Assembly (NCBI GenBank): GCA_025056305.1
Contig: JANWWJ010000031.1
Span: 134,192 to 198,191, forward strand
Direction of reading: 5' to 3'
DNA from: Chitinophagales bacterium
GTDB lineage: Bacteria > Bacteroidota > Bacteroidia > Chitinophagales > UBA10324
DNA: 64,000 bases
The position numbers and the translations under genes were made by a program. This document shows positions 49,237-58,671 of the stretch, piece by piece; position 1 is the stretch's first letter; every line of letters starts with the position of its first letter. The notes under the pieces are model-generated. The model did no database searches and was not told where the DNA came from. It saw only the letters and a list, made by a program, of their open reading frames with translations.

Positions 49237-50115
49237 TTAAAGTGCGCCAACGTTCACTGAGCTGTCGATTTTACGAATGAGCCCTTGCAAGACATTTCCC
49301 GGCCCGCATTCCACGAAATCAGTGGCTCCGTCGGCAATCATTTGTTGTATGGATTGCGTCCAACGGACGGGTGCCGTAAGCTGGGCAATGAGGTTTTCCC
49401 GAATGCGCTGCGGATCCCTTTCCGCTTTTGCTGTGACGTTTTGATAAATCGGACACACTGGAGCCGTAATGGTGGCTTTTCGTAGCGCTGCTTCCAAGGC
49501 TTTGCGCGCTGGTTCCATGAGCGGACTGTGAAATGCACCACCTACATTCAACATCATGGCCCGCTTGGCTCCAGCAGCCTTAAGCCGTTCGCAGGCAGTT
49601 TGCACGCTTTCGATCTCCCCGCTGATTACCACCTGGCCCGGACAGTTGTAGTTGGCGGCAACTACAACCCCGTCGGTTTCGGCACAAATACGTTCGACTT
49701 CTTCATCAGGTAAACCCAAGATGGCGGCCATGGTGGAAGGCACGGCTATGCAGGCTTGCTGCATGGCTTCGGCACGCTGGGCTACCAACTGAAGCCCCTC
49801 GGTAAAGGAAAGGCCGCCTGCTGCCGTCAACGCTGAAAATTCACCCAATGAGTGTCCGGCCACCATGTCGGGTCTAAATGCAGGACCAGCTACGATGGCT
49901 GTGACTACTGAATGAACAAATACGGCAGGTTGGGTGACGCGCGTTTGCCGCAAATCTTCTTCCGACCCCTCGAACATGATTTGACTGAGCGGGAAGCCCA
50001 ATACAGCATCGGCCTGCCGAAACAAATCGGCCGCCTGCGCCGATCGGTCGTACAAGTCTTTGCCCATTCCCGGAAACTGCGACCCCTGTCCGGGAAACAC
50101 AAATGCTTTATGCAT
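49237..50115 (-). CDS. fabD: malonyl-CoA:ACP transacylase
   Basis: Canonical motifs FVFPGQGSQ, TQPA, GHSLGEFSAL, GAFHSPLM and VRW are all present. Confidence 0.9.
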   Translation of the reverse strand: MHKAFVFPGQGSQFPGMGKDLYDRSAQAADLFRQADAVLGFPLSQIMFEGSEEDLRQTRVTQPAVFVHSVVTAIVAGPAFRPDMVAGHSLGEFSALTAAGGLSFTEGLQLVAQRAEAMQQACIAVPSTMAAILGLPDEEVERICAETDGVVVAANYNCPGQVVISGEIESVQTACERLKAAGAKRAMMLNVGGAFHSPLMEPARKALEAALRKATITAPVCPIYQNVTAKAERDPQRIRENLIAQLTAPVRWTQSIQQMIADGATDFVECGPGNVLQGLIRKIDSSVNVGAL

Positions 50116-50224
50116 TAAAATTTTCTATTATGAAGATGATTCGGCTGATCTCCGAGCAGTGGCGGCAAAGATAACCCACCGACAGCCGTAGCCCAAACGG
50201 ATCAGGCAACCTGCTGTGCACACC

Positions 50225-50833
50225 TCATGCTAAGGTGTCGGCAGCTATGAGCCGCAGGAATTCCCCGCGTGTGCTTTCTTTTTCGAATTCGCCGGTAAAT
50301 GCCGAAGTCGTAGCCACAGAATTTTGCTTCTGAACACCCCGCATCATCATGCACAGATGTTTGGCTTCGATCACGACAGCTACACCCAAAGGTTTTAAAA
50401 CGTTTTGCAGGCAGTCACGGATTTGCAGGGTAAGCCGTTCCTGCACCTGCAGCCGACGCGAAAACGCATCCACAACACGGCAGATCTTACTCAAGCCGCA
50501 GATGTAACGGTCGGGAATATAGGCCACGTGTGCCCGACCGAAAAAAGGCAACAGGTGGTGCTCACATAAAGAATACATTTCAATATCTTTAATGATAACC
50601 ATTTCTTTATACTCTTCCTGAAACATGGCCGACCGCAGAATGGCTTCCGCATCCATCTGATAGCCTTGTGTTAGGAAGCTTAACGCACGAGCAGCTCGCA
50701 ACGGCGACTTTTCCAGCCCTTCGCGCTGAGGATTTTCCCCTATGGCTAAAAGAATTTCCTCGTAATTGGTTTGCAACCTGCTGATGTGATGGTCATCAAA
50801 ATGTTCGGATTTTTTATAACGTATGGTGTCCAT
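50225..50833 (-). CDS. folE: GTP cyclohydrolase I (FolE type 1)
   Basis: Motifs [19 protein letters not shown] and [15 protein letters not shown]. Start at the ATG at 50833 (MDTIRYKK). Confidence 0.9.
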   Translation of the reverse strand: MDTIRYKKSEHFDDHHISRLQTNYEEILLAIGENPQREGLEKSPLRAARALSFLTQGYQMDAEAILRSAMFQEEYKEMVIIKDIEMYSLCEHHLLPFFGRAHVAYIPDRYICGLSKICRVVDAFSRRLQVQERLTLQIRDCLQNVLKPLGVAVVIEAKHLCMMMRGVQKQNSVATTSAFTGEFEKESTRGEFLRLIAADTLA

Positions 50834-50873
50834 GATGTTGAAAGCAAAAAGAAAGGGGTGCTGCGAAATTACG

Positions 50874-51299
50874 TTACCGAATGCCCTCCGCCTCAGTGCC
50901 GAAGTATTCTGCAAAATTGTTTTCTGTTTCTACGAGTTTAACTGAATGCAGCGCACACCCATGCAGCAGGGGCTGCAGTCGGTGGAAAATAGCCTTTGCT
51001 ACATTCTCGCAACTGGGTACTATGCCTTGCAGGAACGGAACTTCTTCATTGAGGTTTCGGTGGTCTAGATACTCGATAACCTCACGCCGAATGAGCTGGC
51101 TGAGTTCTTTTAAATTCATGATCAATCCGGTCTGGGGATCAGGCTCGCCCCGCACCGTTACAAACAATTCATAGTTATGCCCGTGATAATTGGGATTGGC
51201 ACACGGACCGAATACGCGCTCATTTTCTTCCTCGCTCAAGCCGGGATGGTACAACCGATGTGCGGCACTAAACCGCTCTCGACGGGTTAAATAAACCAT
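50874..51299 (-). CDS. queD: 6-carboxytetrahydropterin / 6-pyruvoyl-tetrahydropterin synthase
   Basis: [10 protein letters not shown]...[13 protein letters not shown]...LDHRNLN is the PTPS/QueD signature. Start at the ATG at 51299. Confidence 0.85.
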   Translation of the reverse strand: MVYLTRRERFSAAHRLYHPGLSEEENERVFGPCANPNYHGHNYELFVTVRGEPDPQTGLIMNLKELSQLIRREVIEYLDHRNLNEEVPFLQGIVPSCENVAKAIFHRLQPLLHGCALHSVKLVETENNFAEYFGTEAEGIR

Positions 51300-51354
51300 G
51301 GCAGCGAAACTACGCAACAACCTGCACGTGCATATTTGCGATCGAAGAACGCTC

Positions 51355-52035
51355 ATGAAGCTATTGCTGGTTGCTCCAACAGAACAGGAAATAATAGAGG
51401 TATGGCGCCAACGCAGCACCGTTCCCATACTGCAGCACGCCACACTGTTGATAACGGGAGTAGGTGCCGTAGCTACGGCCTGCCATCTGATGCGAGCTCT
51501 ACGCTCCCCGGTTGATCTGGTGATTCACGCCGGCATTTGCGGCAGTTTTTCCAAGTCGCTGCAGCTGGGGGAGGTCGTTCAGGTGGTTGCCGAGCGGTTT
51601 GGAGACCTGGGTGCACAGCATGGCCGAGCATTTTTAGACGTCTTTGACTTGCAACTCTGTCAGGCCAACCATTTCCCCTTTAAACGGGGATGGCTGAAAA
51701 ATCCATTCACCCCCGATGCTTTGCTTAGGAGGCTGCCTCAGGTAAAAGGTCTGACCGTTAATCTGGTAACAGGTACGGAAGCCACCCGTAAGTTGCGGCA
51801 CGAAAAGTATCAGGCCGATGTAGAAAGTATGGAAGGAGCTGCATTGTTTTATTGTTGTTTAATAGAAAAAATGCCGTTTGTGAGCATCCGGTCCGTATCC
51901 AATGTTGTCGAACGGCGACGCCGAAACGGCTGGCAAGTGGAATTGGCCATTAAAAACCTCAATGATTGGCTTTTGTCTTGGTTGACGAGGCTTAGCTCAT
52001 CCCCTTCTGTTCAACTGCGAAGCGTGACCAGATAG
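51355..52035 (+). CDS. mqnB: futalosine hydrolase (MqnB; nucleosidase fold)
   Basis: MKLLLVAPTEQEI...LITGVGAVATACHL...LVIHAGICGSF...GEVVQV..ERFGDLG...ESMEGAA matches the MqnB pattern of the PNP/MTAN superfamily. Start at the ATG at 51355. Confidence 0.7.
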   Translation: MKLLLVAPTEQEIIEVWRQRSTVPILQHATLLITGVGAVATACHLMRALRSPVDLVIHAGICGSFSKSLQLGEVVQVVAERFGDLGAQHGRAFLDVFDLQLCQANHFPFKRGWLKNPFTPDALLRRLPQVKGLTVNLVTGTEATRKLRHEKYQADVESMEGAALFYCCLIEKMPFVSIRSVSNVVERRRRNGWQVELAIKNLNDWLLSWLTRLSSSPSVQLRSVTR

Positions 52036-52958
52036 AAGTACAGCATCGTCAAAACACCCATGAACATAACCCATTTTAAAAGGTTACCGGCAAGTCTAAA
52101 CTGGCTCGGCTGCCGGGCATGCACAAGCATGTACACGGTAGCCACCAGAGGAAGCTGAAGCATCACCAACAGGGTAAACGCCGATGCGTAATCCTTCCCT
52201 TTGATCTGCATCAGCTGGATTGCTCCGATCATGAAAATGATACCTCCGAGCAGCAGGATGCTCAACCAGCGAACGCGCTTTTGTCCCCACAACAACGGCA
52301 GGGTGCGGCTGCCAAAGCGACGGTCGCCCTCCATATCCTGTAGATCCTTTACCCATTCGCGAACCAGCGAGACAAGGAAAGCAAACGAGAAGTAATAGAA
52401 AACGATGATCAGAATAGTCCGCGCGGCCTGACGACCTTCTACTGTACTCGGATAAAACAGCTGCCGCTCGTACAGGGGCATCAAGGCTACCACCAGAGCG
52501 GTAAGCAGGGCCACCACAAGATTTCCCGCTAAGGCCTTTCGCTTGTAGGCTGCCGAATAGAGCCACAGCATGGCCGCTGCCAACACATGCACCAACATCA
52601 GCTTGGGATTGCCGGCCTGCCAACTCACCGCTGTGGCTATGGCCACGCCTGTCCACGTCAAGAGTTGATGCAGCAACAACGCTAACCGACGCGGGATGGA
52701 GCGGTCAATAACCACTTTCCCCGGTCGGTTTATGGTATCTATGCTTACATCAAAATAATCATTAATGATGTAGCCCCCCGCAGCTACCAGTACTGTTGCA
52801 ACAATCAGGGATATGGAAAGCAACGGCGTTAAGGTGGGGGTTATTCCTGCTTGTTGCAAGATCGGTTCTATAATGGTAAACTGAACCAGCGCTTGGGTGA
52901 GGGCCACCAACAGCAGGTTGCCGCCGCGAACCAGCCGAAACAAGCCTGCTACCTTCAT
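52011..52958 (-). CDS. UbiA-family aromatic/polyprenyl prenyltransferase
   Basis: It has about 8-9 TM helices, a first Asp-rich motif NDYFDVSIDTINRP and a second DLQDMEGD. The substrate is not assignable by eye. Its 3' end overlaps the mqnB 3' end by 25 nt (convergent). Confidence 0.75.
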   Translation of the reverse strand: MKVAGLFRLVRGGNLLLVALTQALVQFTIIEPILQQAGITPTLTPLLSISLIVATVLVAAGGYIINDYFDVSIDTINRPGKVVIDRSIPRRLALLLHQLLTWTGVAIATAVSWQAGNPKLMLVHVLAAAMLWLYSAAYKRKALAGNLVVALLTALVVALMPLYERQLFYPSTVEGRQAARTILIIVFYYFSFAFLVSLVREWVKDLQDMEGDRRFGSRTLPLLWGQKRVRWLSILLLGGIIFMIGAIQLMQIKGKDYASAFTLLVMLQLPLVATVYMLVHARQPSQFRLAGNLLKWVMFMGVLTMLYFYLVTLRS

Positions 52959-52968
52959 AAAAAGTTGT

Positions 52969-53493
52969 TCAAGGAGCCGCCCATCGCCCTTGCAACGTCA
53001 ACACTTTTTCTAATACTTCACGAACGCAGCCATGGCCGCCCGGCCTCGAAGCCACATACACGCATAGCTGACGTATTTGCTCTACGGCGTCAGCCGGACA
53101 GCACGGAATACCGCAAATCCGCAGGGCTTCTGCATCCAAAAGATCGTCGCCCATATACAAGGTGGTGGATAGATCCAGCCCTTCAGAGGCTGCAACCAAG
53201 CGTAGCGCCTCCTTTTTGTCGGGCACATTCATGCGGATACCGGAAATGCCCAAGCGCAATAGGCGCTTCTCCACGCCGCTGGAGTGCCCACCGGAGATCA
53301 CGTAGATGCGCAGGCCGTACTGCTGGGCCACCTGCATGGCATAGCCATCGCGAACATCCATGCGCCTCAGTTCTTCGCCACTTTCGGTAATCAAAAGACT
53401 ACCGTCGGTCAGCACCCCATCCAGATCAAACACCGCTGCTTGCGTAAGCCGAAGCAACTCCAGCACTTTACGCGCACCAACAAGTGCCGTCAT
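52969..53493 (-). CDS. kdsC: KDO 8-phosphate phosphatase (HAD-IIIA)
   Basis: Motifs AAVFDLDGVLTDG, RDGYAM, YMGDDLLD and GGHGCVRE. Start at the ATG at 53493, which makes an ATGA overlap with the iscX-like stop. Confidence 0.8.
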   Translation of the reverse strand: MTALVGARKVLELLRLTQAAVFDLDGVLTDGSLLITESGEELRRMDVRDGYAMQVAQQYGLRIYVISGGHSSGVEKRLLRLGISGIRMNVPDKKEALRLVAASEGLDLSTTLYMGDDLLDAEALRICGIPCCPADAVEQIRQLCVYVASRPGGHGCVREVLEKVLTLQGRWAAP

Positions 53494-53741
53494 TCCGTTT
53501 TCTTCTTTTGATTGGCCCTCCACTCATAGACCCATGCCGACTGGATCTGCTCCAAATGCCCTTCATTGCACTCTTCGCGCTTACCGACGAAGTTGGGAAT
53601 CTGCAACACCCATTCCAGCAAGTCGGTAAAGCGGACCCGATAAATGCGCGATTCGTTAAACTCATCGCCGAAGCGTTCATACAACTTCATGGCAATGTCC
53701 TCATAATCGTTCCAATGAATGGCCGGTTCATGCATAGACAA
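53490..53741 (-). CDS. iscX: IscX-like Fe-S assembly accessory protein
   Basis: 83 aa. IHWNDYEDIAMKLYERF...VRFTDLLEWV...NEGHLEQIQSAWVYEW parallels E. coli IscX (W.D..EI...L......VRFTD...W...). It sits directly downstream of a ferredoxin. Confidence 0.7.
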   Translation of the reverse strand: MSMHEPAIHWNDYEDIAMKLYERFGDEFNESRIYRVRFTDLLEWVLQIPNFVGKREECNEGHLEQIQSAWVYEWRANQKKKTE

Positions 53742-53753
53742 AAGTTTTATTTT

Positions 53754-54086
53754 TTATTCTCCCAAAATCACCGATTGGTCCGGAATGGTTACCTCCAACT
53801 CCCCTTCCCCTTCCAGCAACACACATTGGCAAGCCAGCCGGGACGTCAGGCGGGGATTGCGCGCCCGGTCCACAAAATCCTCCTCCCGATCACTCATTTC
53901 CTCTACGTGTTCGGCCCCTTTCTCTAGGTAAATGTGGCAGGTACTGCAGGCACAAACACCCCCACAATTGTGGTGCAACTCAATGTTATTCCGCAATACC
54001 ACCTCAAGTAAGGTCTCTCCTTCCCGCCCTTCAATGGTCACGGGCTTCTTGTGCTGCTCTTCGAACGAAAGGTGAATTCGGTACAC
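53754..54086 (-). CDS. fdx: 2Fe-2S ferredoxin (adrenodoxin/Fdx type)
   Basis: Cys ligand pattern CGGVCACSTCH ... LACQ. Length is 110 aa. Confidence 0.85.
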   Translation of the reverse strand: MYRIHLSFEEQHKKPVTIEGREGETLLEVVLRNNIELHHNCGGVCACSTCHIYLEKGAEHVEEMSDREEDFVDRARNPRLTSRLACQCVLLEGEGELEVTIPDQSVILGE

Positions 54087-54267
54087 GCGGCAAAGATAGG
54101 ATGAGGCCTTCCACAGCCTCCGGCCTATCGTCTAACTCTTTGCATGCGTGGCTTTGCCGAAGTGCGGGCTCAGCAGGTACAACACGTTCGGTAAGCCGGA
54201 AGTTTTCCACATGGGGAAAATCATTTTTTACCACATACGAACGATTTAGCATTTTCGGCCCGGCAAA

Positions 54268-56034
54268 TTGAATTCCGGGGAAGTCATGCTGCAAGGGCGA
54301 AACTTTTTAGTGTTGCTTTTATGGCTTGCCGCAGAAGGCATTGGTGCTCAGGACTTGTCCACGATAAATGTTCCGGAAGTGCACCCCTCTGCCGGCGATC
54401 ACAGAACATATGGCGAAAAATCGAAAGAAAAAGCCGAGCCGCTTAATTCCTATTACAAGCTGCACCGTTTTTTAAACGAGCCAACCTGCCTGTTGGATTC
54501 AGCCTTTTTCTATTTAGATCGAACTCTTTCGTTGTTGCAACAGCCCATGAAACCGCGGCAACAACGCCAGCTGTTATCGGCAGGATGCGAGCCGCAAGCC
54601 CTTCTGCAAATCCGTCATCGCTTGCTGCGGCAGGCCTATGAGCAAACCCTTTCAGAAAACACCTCAGAGGCCTGGAGCCGCTTTCTCAAATACTGTGGTA
54701 GCTGTGAATGGAAGACGGTAGCCCTCAGCCGCCGCGACGAGGCGCTTTTTTTGGAAGTACTGTTGCGGGCCAACTACGATTCGTTTGAAGAATTGGTTGC
54801 TGACTATCCGCAGCTTCACCATGTGGCCAACGCCCGCCAGCGATTTGAACAAGCCCATTACCAACGATATACTGCCGACGGAAGTGCGGCCGCCTACCAG
54901 CGTTACGCTCAGTGCTTTCCCGAGCGCATCTATGCCACAGAAGCCCGCTCAATTTATGAGCAAAAATTGTTTGATGAATGCGTGCGCCTCAGATCGGCCG
55001 AAGCCTATGCTTTGTTTTTGCAACAGCATCCTTATAGTCCCTTCGCCGCACAAGCCGAAGACAGTTTGTACCGCCTTTATACCCGCGACAATAAAGTGAG
55101 CAGCTATCTGCAGTTCATTTCGCAATTTCCAAACAGTCGTTACGTTTATCGTGCTTGGCAGCAGATTTTTGCCCTGGAGGTTCCCGTCAGGAAGCCCCAA
55201 GCCATAGAAACCTTTCTGAAAAAATACCCCAATTACCCCTACACGAAAGAACTTCGAACAGAAGCTCGATTACTTTATCAAAAATTCTATACATATAAGC
55301 GCCACGGGCTGATCGGTTATGTTTCTTTAAAAACGAGGGATACGATTATCCCTGCACGTTTTCGCGAAGCCAGTCTTTTCAGTGAAGGCCTGGCTGCCGT
55401 AAGGCTTGACTGCGAACAGGAACCATGCCCTTATGCTTACGTTACCCTTAGTGGCCGTTTGATTGACACCTACCCATGGTCCAGAGCCGGTGACTTCTCC
55501 AACGGCAGGGCTGTAGCCGCTGTGGGCAGCGGCCAAGACGTGCGTTACGGAATCATCAACCACGCCGGCGAGTGGGTGGTTCCCCCTTCTTTCACCGAAA
55601 TACATAACTACAACGAAGGACTGGCTTTGGTGAAAACAACACATTACGGATTTGTTGATGAATCAGGAAACATCGTTATTCCGTGTATTTATCCAAAAGC
55701 CGTCACATTCAGCGAGGGGCTAGCTGCCGCACAAGATCCAAATACCGGCCTTTTCGGTTACTTGGATCGTCAAAACCGATGGGTCATTCCTCCTAAGTTT
55801 ACCAATGCCGCTGGTTTTCGGGAACAATTGGCTGCTGCAGCCGATGAGTCGGGCCGTTGGGGGTATATCGACAAGCAAGGTAAGTGGATTATCACTCCCG
55901 CTTACGAATTAGCCTTGCCCTTCATCAATGGTAAGGCCAGCGTGATGGTTAAAGAACAAAAAAGGGTGGGATCTGAAGTTTCACCGGTAAAACCCATGGT
56001 CATAGACCGTCAAGGGCGGCGCATCGCTCCATAA
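54268..56034 (+). CDS. secreted WG-repeat (KWG) protein with N-terminal helical-repeat region
   Basis: The C-terminal half has repeated G(L/Y/F)(I/V)(D/N)xxGxxVIPxxF units (RWGYIDKQGKWIITPAYE, YGFVDESGNIVIPCIY, YGIINHAGEWVVPPSF). The N-terminal half has repeated F(L/I)xx(Y/F)PxSx(Y/F) helical motifs. The start may be the ATG at 54286. Confidence 0.65.
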   Translation: MNSGEVMLQGRNFLVLLLWLAAEGIGAQDLSTINVPEVHPSAGDHRTYGEKSKEKAEPLNSYYKLHRFLNEPTCLLDSAFFYLDRTLSLLQQPMKPRQQRQLLSAGCEPQALLQIRHRLLRQAYEQTLSENTSEAWSRFLKYCGSCEWKTVALSRRDEALFLEVLLRANYDSFEELVADYPQLHHVANARQRFEQAHYQRYTADGSAAAYQRYAQCFPERIYATEARSIYEQKLFDECVRLRSAEAYALFLQQHPYSPFAAQAEDSLYRLYTRDNKVSSYLQFISQFPNSRYVYRAWQQIFALEVPVRKPQAIETFLKKYPNYPYTKELRTEARLLYQKFYTYKRHGLIGYVSLKTRDTIIPARFREASLFSEGLAAVRLDCEQEPCPYAYVTLSGRLIDTYPWSRAGDFSNGRAVAAVGSGQDVRYGIINHAGEWVVPPSFTEIHNYNEGLALVKTTHYGFVDESGNIVIPCIYPKAVTFSEGLAAAQDPNTGLFGYLDRQNRWVIPPKFTNAAGFREQLAAAADESGRWGYIDKQGKWIITPAYELALPFINGKASVMVKEQKRVGSEVSPVKPMVIDRQGRRIAP

Positions 56035-56081
56035 ACCGAAAACCATTTACCACAACCTACTTTTGAGGCGCAATAAGGGCC

Positions 56082-57032
56082 ATGCGTGCTCTGTTTTTGC
56101 TCCTGTGGCTTATTCCCCTCATAGCCTGTGCACCGGCAAAAAGAAAGGTCCCCCTTGTTGGCTTCGTTGATGCTCTGGTAGATGAAACCTTGGCTGAAGC
56201 ACGAAAAGGCTTTTTTCAGGCTTTGGCCGACAGCGGATACAGCGAGGAGCAGAAAACCCTGCGTGTCCTTTACCGTAATGCCCAAAATGACCTTCCGACT
56301 CTTACGCAAATTGTGGATTATTACATCGCTCAGCAGGTAGATTTGATCGCCACCTGCCCTTCCGTAGCTACCATTGCCGCTTGCCAGAAAACCCGAACTA
56401 TTCCGGTGTGTATGATGGTATCACCCAGCCCTGCGGACGCTGGCCTGCTGGACGCACATGGCAACCCTCCATCAAATTTGTTCGGCGTATATGAGGAAAC
56501 CTGGTATATCGATACCTCCCTGGCCCTGATTCGCCAGTTGCTGCCGCAAGCTCGGCGTGTCGGTGCTATTTTCAATCAGGCCGAACCCCAATCGCGCAAT
56601 GCCCTGAGGGCCTTGGAACAAATGTGTGCGCACCTGGGCCTTGAGCTTGTGGCACTTCCTGTCAACAATTCATCTGAATCTAAGCTCGTTCTTGAAACCC
56701 TCTTAGCTAAAGGGATCGATGTGTTTTTTGCCCCACCCGACAATACCGTTTTTGCCTCTTTTCCTGCCATCATTAACAGTTGCCAAAATGCCCGTGTTCC
56801 GGTTTTTACCTCTGAAGCAGGGTTGGTCAAAGCTGGTGCCGTGGCTGCTTATGGAGCCGATCTCTATGCATGGGGCTATCAGGCCGGGCAACAGGCTGCC
56901 CGATTTTTTCGCCAAGGCTCCTTACAAGGTCTGGGGCCTCAACTGGTCAACAAAAGGGTTCGGGTGTACAACCCTTCCGTAGCACGGCAATACGGTATTG
57001 AGTTCCCGAAGGAATTTATACCCTTGCAGTGA
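56082..57032 (+). CDS. ABC transporter substrate-binding protein (COG2984/ABC_sub_bind family)
   Basis: It has a signal peptide with a lipobox-like LIACAP. The VGFVDALVDETL...GF pattern and the position upstream of a matching permease and ATPase support the call. Confidence 0.75.
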   Translation: MRALFLLLWLIPLIACAPAKRKVPLVGFVDALVDETLAEARKGFFQALADSGYSEEQKTLRVLYRNAQNDLPTLTQIVDYYIAQQVDLIATCPSVATIAACQKTRTIPVCMMVSPSPADAGLLDAHGNPPSNLFGVYEETWYIDTSLALIRQLLPQARRVGAIFNQAEPQSRNALRALEQMCAHLGLELVALPVNNSSESKLVLETLLAKGIDVFFAPPDNTVFASFPAIINSCQNARVPVFTSEAGLVKAGAVAAYGADLYAWGYQAGQQAARFFRQGSLQGLGPQLVNKRVRVYNPSVARQYGIEFPKEFIPLQ

Positions 57033-57033
57033 C

Positions 57034-57894
57034 ATGGAATTTTTGCTTTCGGCAGTTGTACTTGGATTGGGCTATACGGCCATGGGCCTGGGCATCTTCA
57101 TTTCCTTACGCATTTTCAATCTTCCCGACATCACCACCGATGGAAGCTTTACGTTGGGTGCTGCAGTCACTGCAGCGGTTTTGTTGCATGGCATGAGCTG
57201 GCCTGCGGCTTTGATTCTGTCCATAGCTGCCGGCAGCCTTAGCGGAACGGCATCAGGCCTCATCCACACGCGTCTGGGTATTCACCCGCTGCTGGCTGGC
57301 ATCTTGGTCATGACCGCTCTGTATTCCGTAAACCTGATGATCATGGGGCGTTCTAACCTCGCGCTTGTCGAAGTGCGCACGCTTGCCGGCCCTACCGCTG
57401 CAACTGAAACAATGACCTGGCTGTTGTTGATGGGAGCCTTTGCCGCAATGATGACCCTGCTGTTGTGGTGGCTGTTAAAAACTGACTTTGGCATTGCCAT
57501 GCGTGCAACGGGAAATAGTGAAATCATGGTGCGCGCTAACGGAGTCAACACCGGGGCGATGAAAACCACGGGATTGGCTCTGGCTAATGCATGTACAGCC
57601 ATCAGCGGCTTTCTCATATGCCAGTTCCAACAATTTGCGGACATCAACATGGGCATCGGTATCGTCATCTTTGGCTTGGGATCGGTAATCATGGGCGAAG
57701 CGTTGGCCCACCTGGTGGGATTGCGGTCCTTACTGGCACGCTTGGTTTTTGTGGGTGTTGGCTGCATGCTGTTTCGCTTGATCATCGGTTGGGCCCTTTT
57801 AGCAGGCATTCATCCCAACGGCCTCAAGGCACTCATTGCTGCCTTGGTGTTGGCAGTTGCAGCCCTGCCTCTCGTAGGGAAAAAATACTTATGA
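57034..57894 (+). CDS. ABC transporter permease (COG4120 family)
   Basis: Polytopic, with GLGIFISLRIFNLPDITTDGSFTLGAAV as the typical family N-terminus. The ATG at 57034 lies 2 nt after the substrate-binding protein stop. Confidence 0.8.
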   Translation: MEFLLSAVVLGLGYTAMGLGIFISLRIFNLPDITTDGSFTLGAAVTAAVLLHGMSWPAALILSIAAGSLSGTASGLIHTRLGIHPLLAGILVMTALYSVNLMIMGRSNLALVEVRTLAGPTAATETMTWLLLMGAFAAMMTLLLWWLLKTDFGIAMRATGNSEIMVRANGVNTGAMKTTGLALANACTAISGFLICQFQQFADINMGIGIVIFGLGSVIMGEALAHLVGLRSLLARLVFVGVGCMLFRLIIGWALLAGIHPNGLKALIAALVLAVAALPLVGKKYL

Positions 57895-57905
57895 AATAAA
57901 AAATC

Positions 57906-58664
57906 ATGAACGTTCTGCTGGAGCTGCGTCAGTTAAGCCGATGGTTTCATCGGCATGAACCTGCTGCCGTTCTGGCCGTAAATCAGGTGCATCTGCAGCT
58001 TGCCGATGGAGACTTTGCCGTCGTCGTCGGGCCAAACGGGTCCGGCAAAACCACACTTTTGAATCTTATAGCCGGCACGTTGTTCCCCGATCAAGGATCA
58101 GTGCTTGTGGATGGCCTGGACATAACGCATTGGCCCGATTATCGCCGCAGCCGCCTGATGGCCCGTATCTTTCAGGATCCGATGCACGGTACGGCTCCGG
58201 AACTCACCGTACTGGACAATTTCCGACTCAGCTTTCTGAGGCCAAAACCAAAATTGCTGCGTTGGGGAACAGGGCTTGCCTTTCGCAAACAGGTTTATGA
58301 TTATATCAAAGAATTAGGCATGGGACTGGAACGATACCTGGATAAAGAAGTGCGCTTGCTCAGCGGGGGGCAGCGTCAGGCCATCGCTCTGCTCATGGCC
58401 ACCTTCAATCCGCCACGCCTGTTGCTTATGGACGAACCCACCGCTGCCTTAGACCCTCGGACTTCAGAGACCGTTATGCAGCTGGCCGATCAGCTGATCC
58501 AGCGACACCACCTCAGCTGTCTGATGGTTACACACAACCTCAAGCACGCCCTGCAATATGGAAATCGCTTGTTGGTCATGGGCAATGGCTCCATCGTCGC
58601 TGACTATCCTGCATCACCGAAGAAAACCCTAACCCTCAGTGATCTGCAACAATACTTTTACTGA
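57906..58664 (+). CDS. ABC transporter ATP-binding protein (COG1101 family)
   Basis: Walker A GPNGSGKTT, signature LSGGQRQ, Walker B LLLMDEPTAALD, and an H-loop. Confidence 0.9.
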   Translation: MNVLLELRQLSRWFHRHEPAAVLAVNQVHLQLADGDFAVVVGPNGSGKTTLLNLIAGTLFPDQGSVLVDGLDITHWPDYRRSRLMARIFQDPMHGTAPELTVLDNFRLSFLRPKPKLLRWGTGLAFRKQVYDYIKELGMGLERYLDKEVRLLSGGQRQAIALLMATFNPPRLLLMDEPTAALDPRTSETVMQLADQLIQRHHLSCLMVTHNLKHALQYGNRLLVMGNGSIVADYPASPKKTLTLSDLQQYFY

Positions 58665-58671
58665 ACACAGC

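Noticed and set aside
52096-52656. A 186-aa alternative-frame ORF within the UbiA prenyltransferase gene, on the same strand.
   Set aside because: It is out of frame with a well-supported polytopic membrane protein. Its Arg/Gly/Ser-rich translation has no motifs.
54087-54267. A 181-bp spacer upstream of fdx with an 87-aa ORF (54031..54294, minus), considered as a possible small gene or ncRNA.
   Set aside because: The ORF overlaps both flanking gene starts and has no motif. I found no convincing stem-loop or conserved RNA-like structure by eye. It is most simply a divergent promoter region.
57282-57809. A 175-aa ORF antisense to the ABC permease.
   Set aside because: The permease frame has clear family motifs. 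The antisense translation is Met/Pro/Ala-rich and looks like an artefact.
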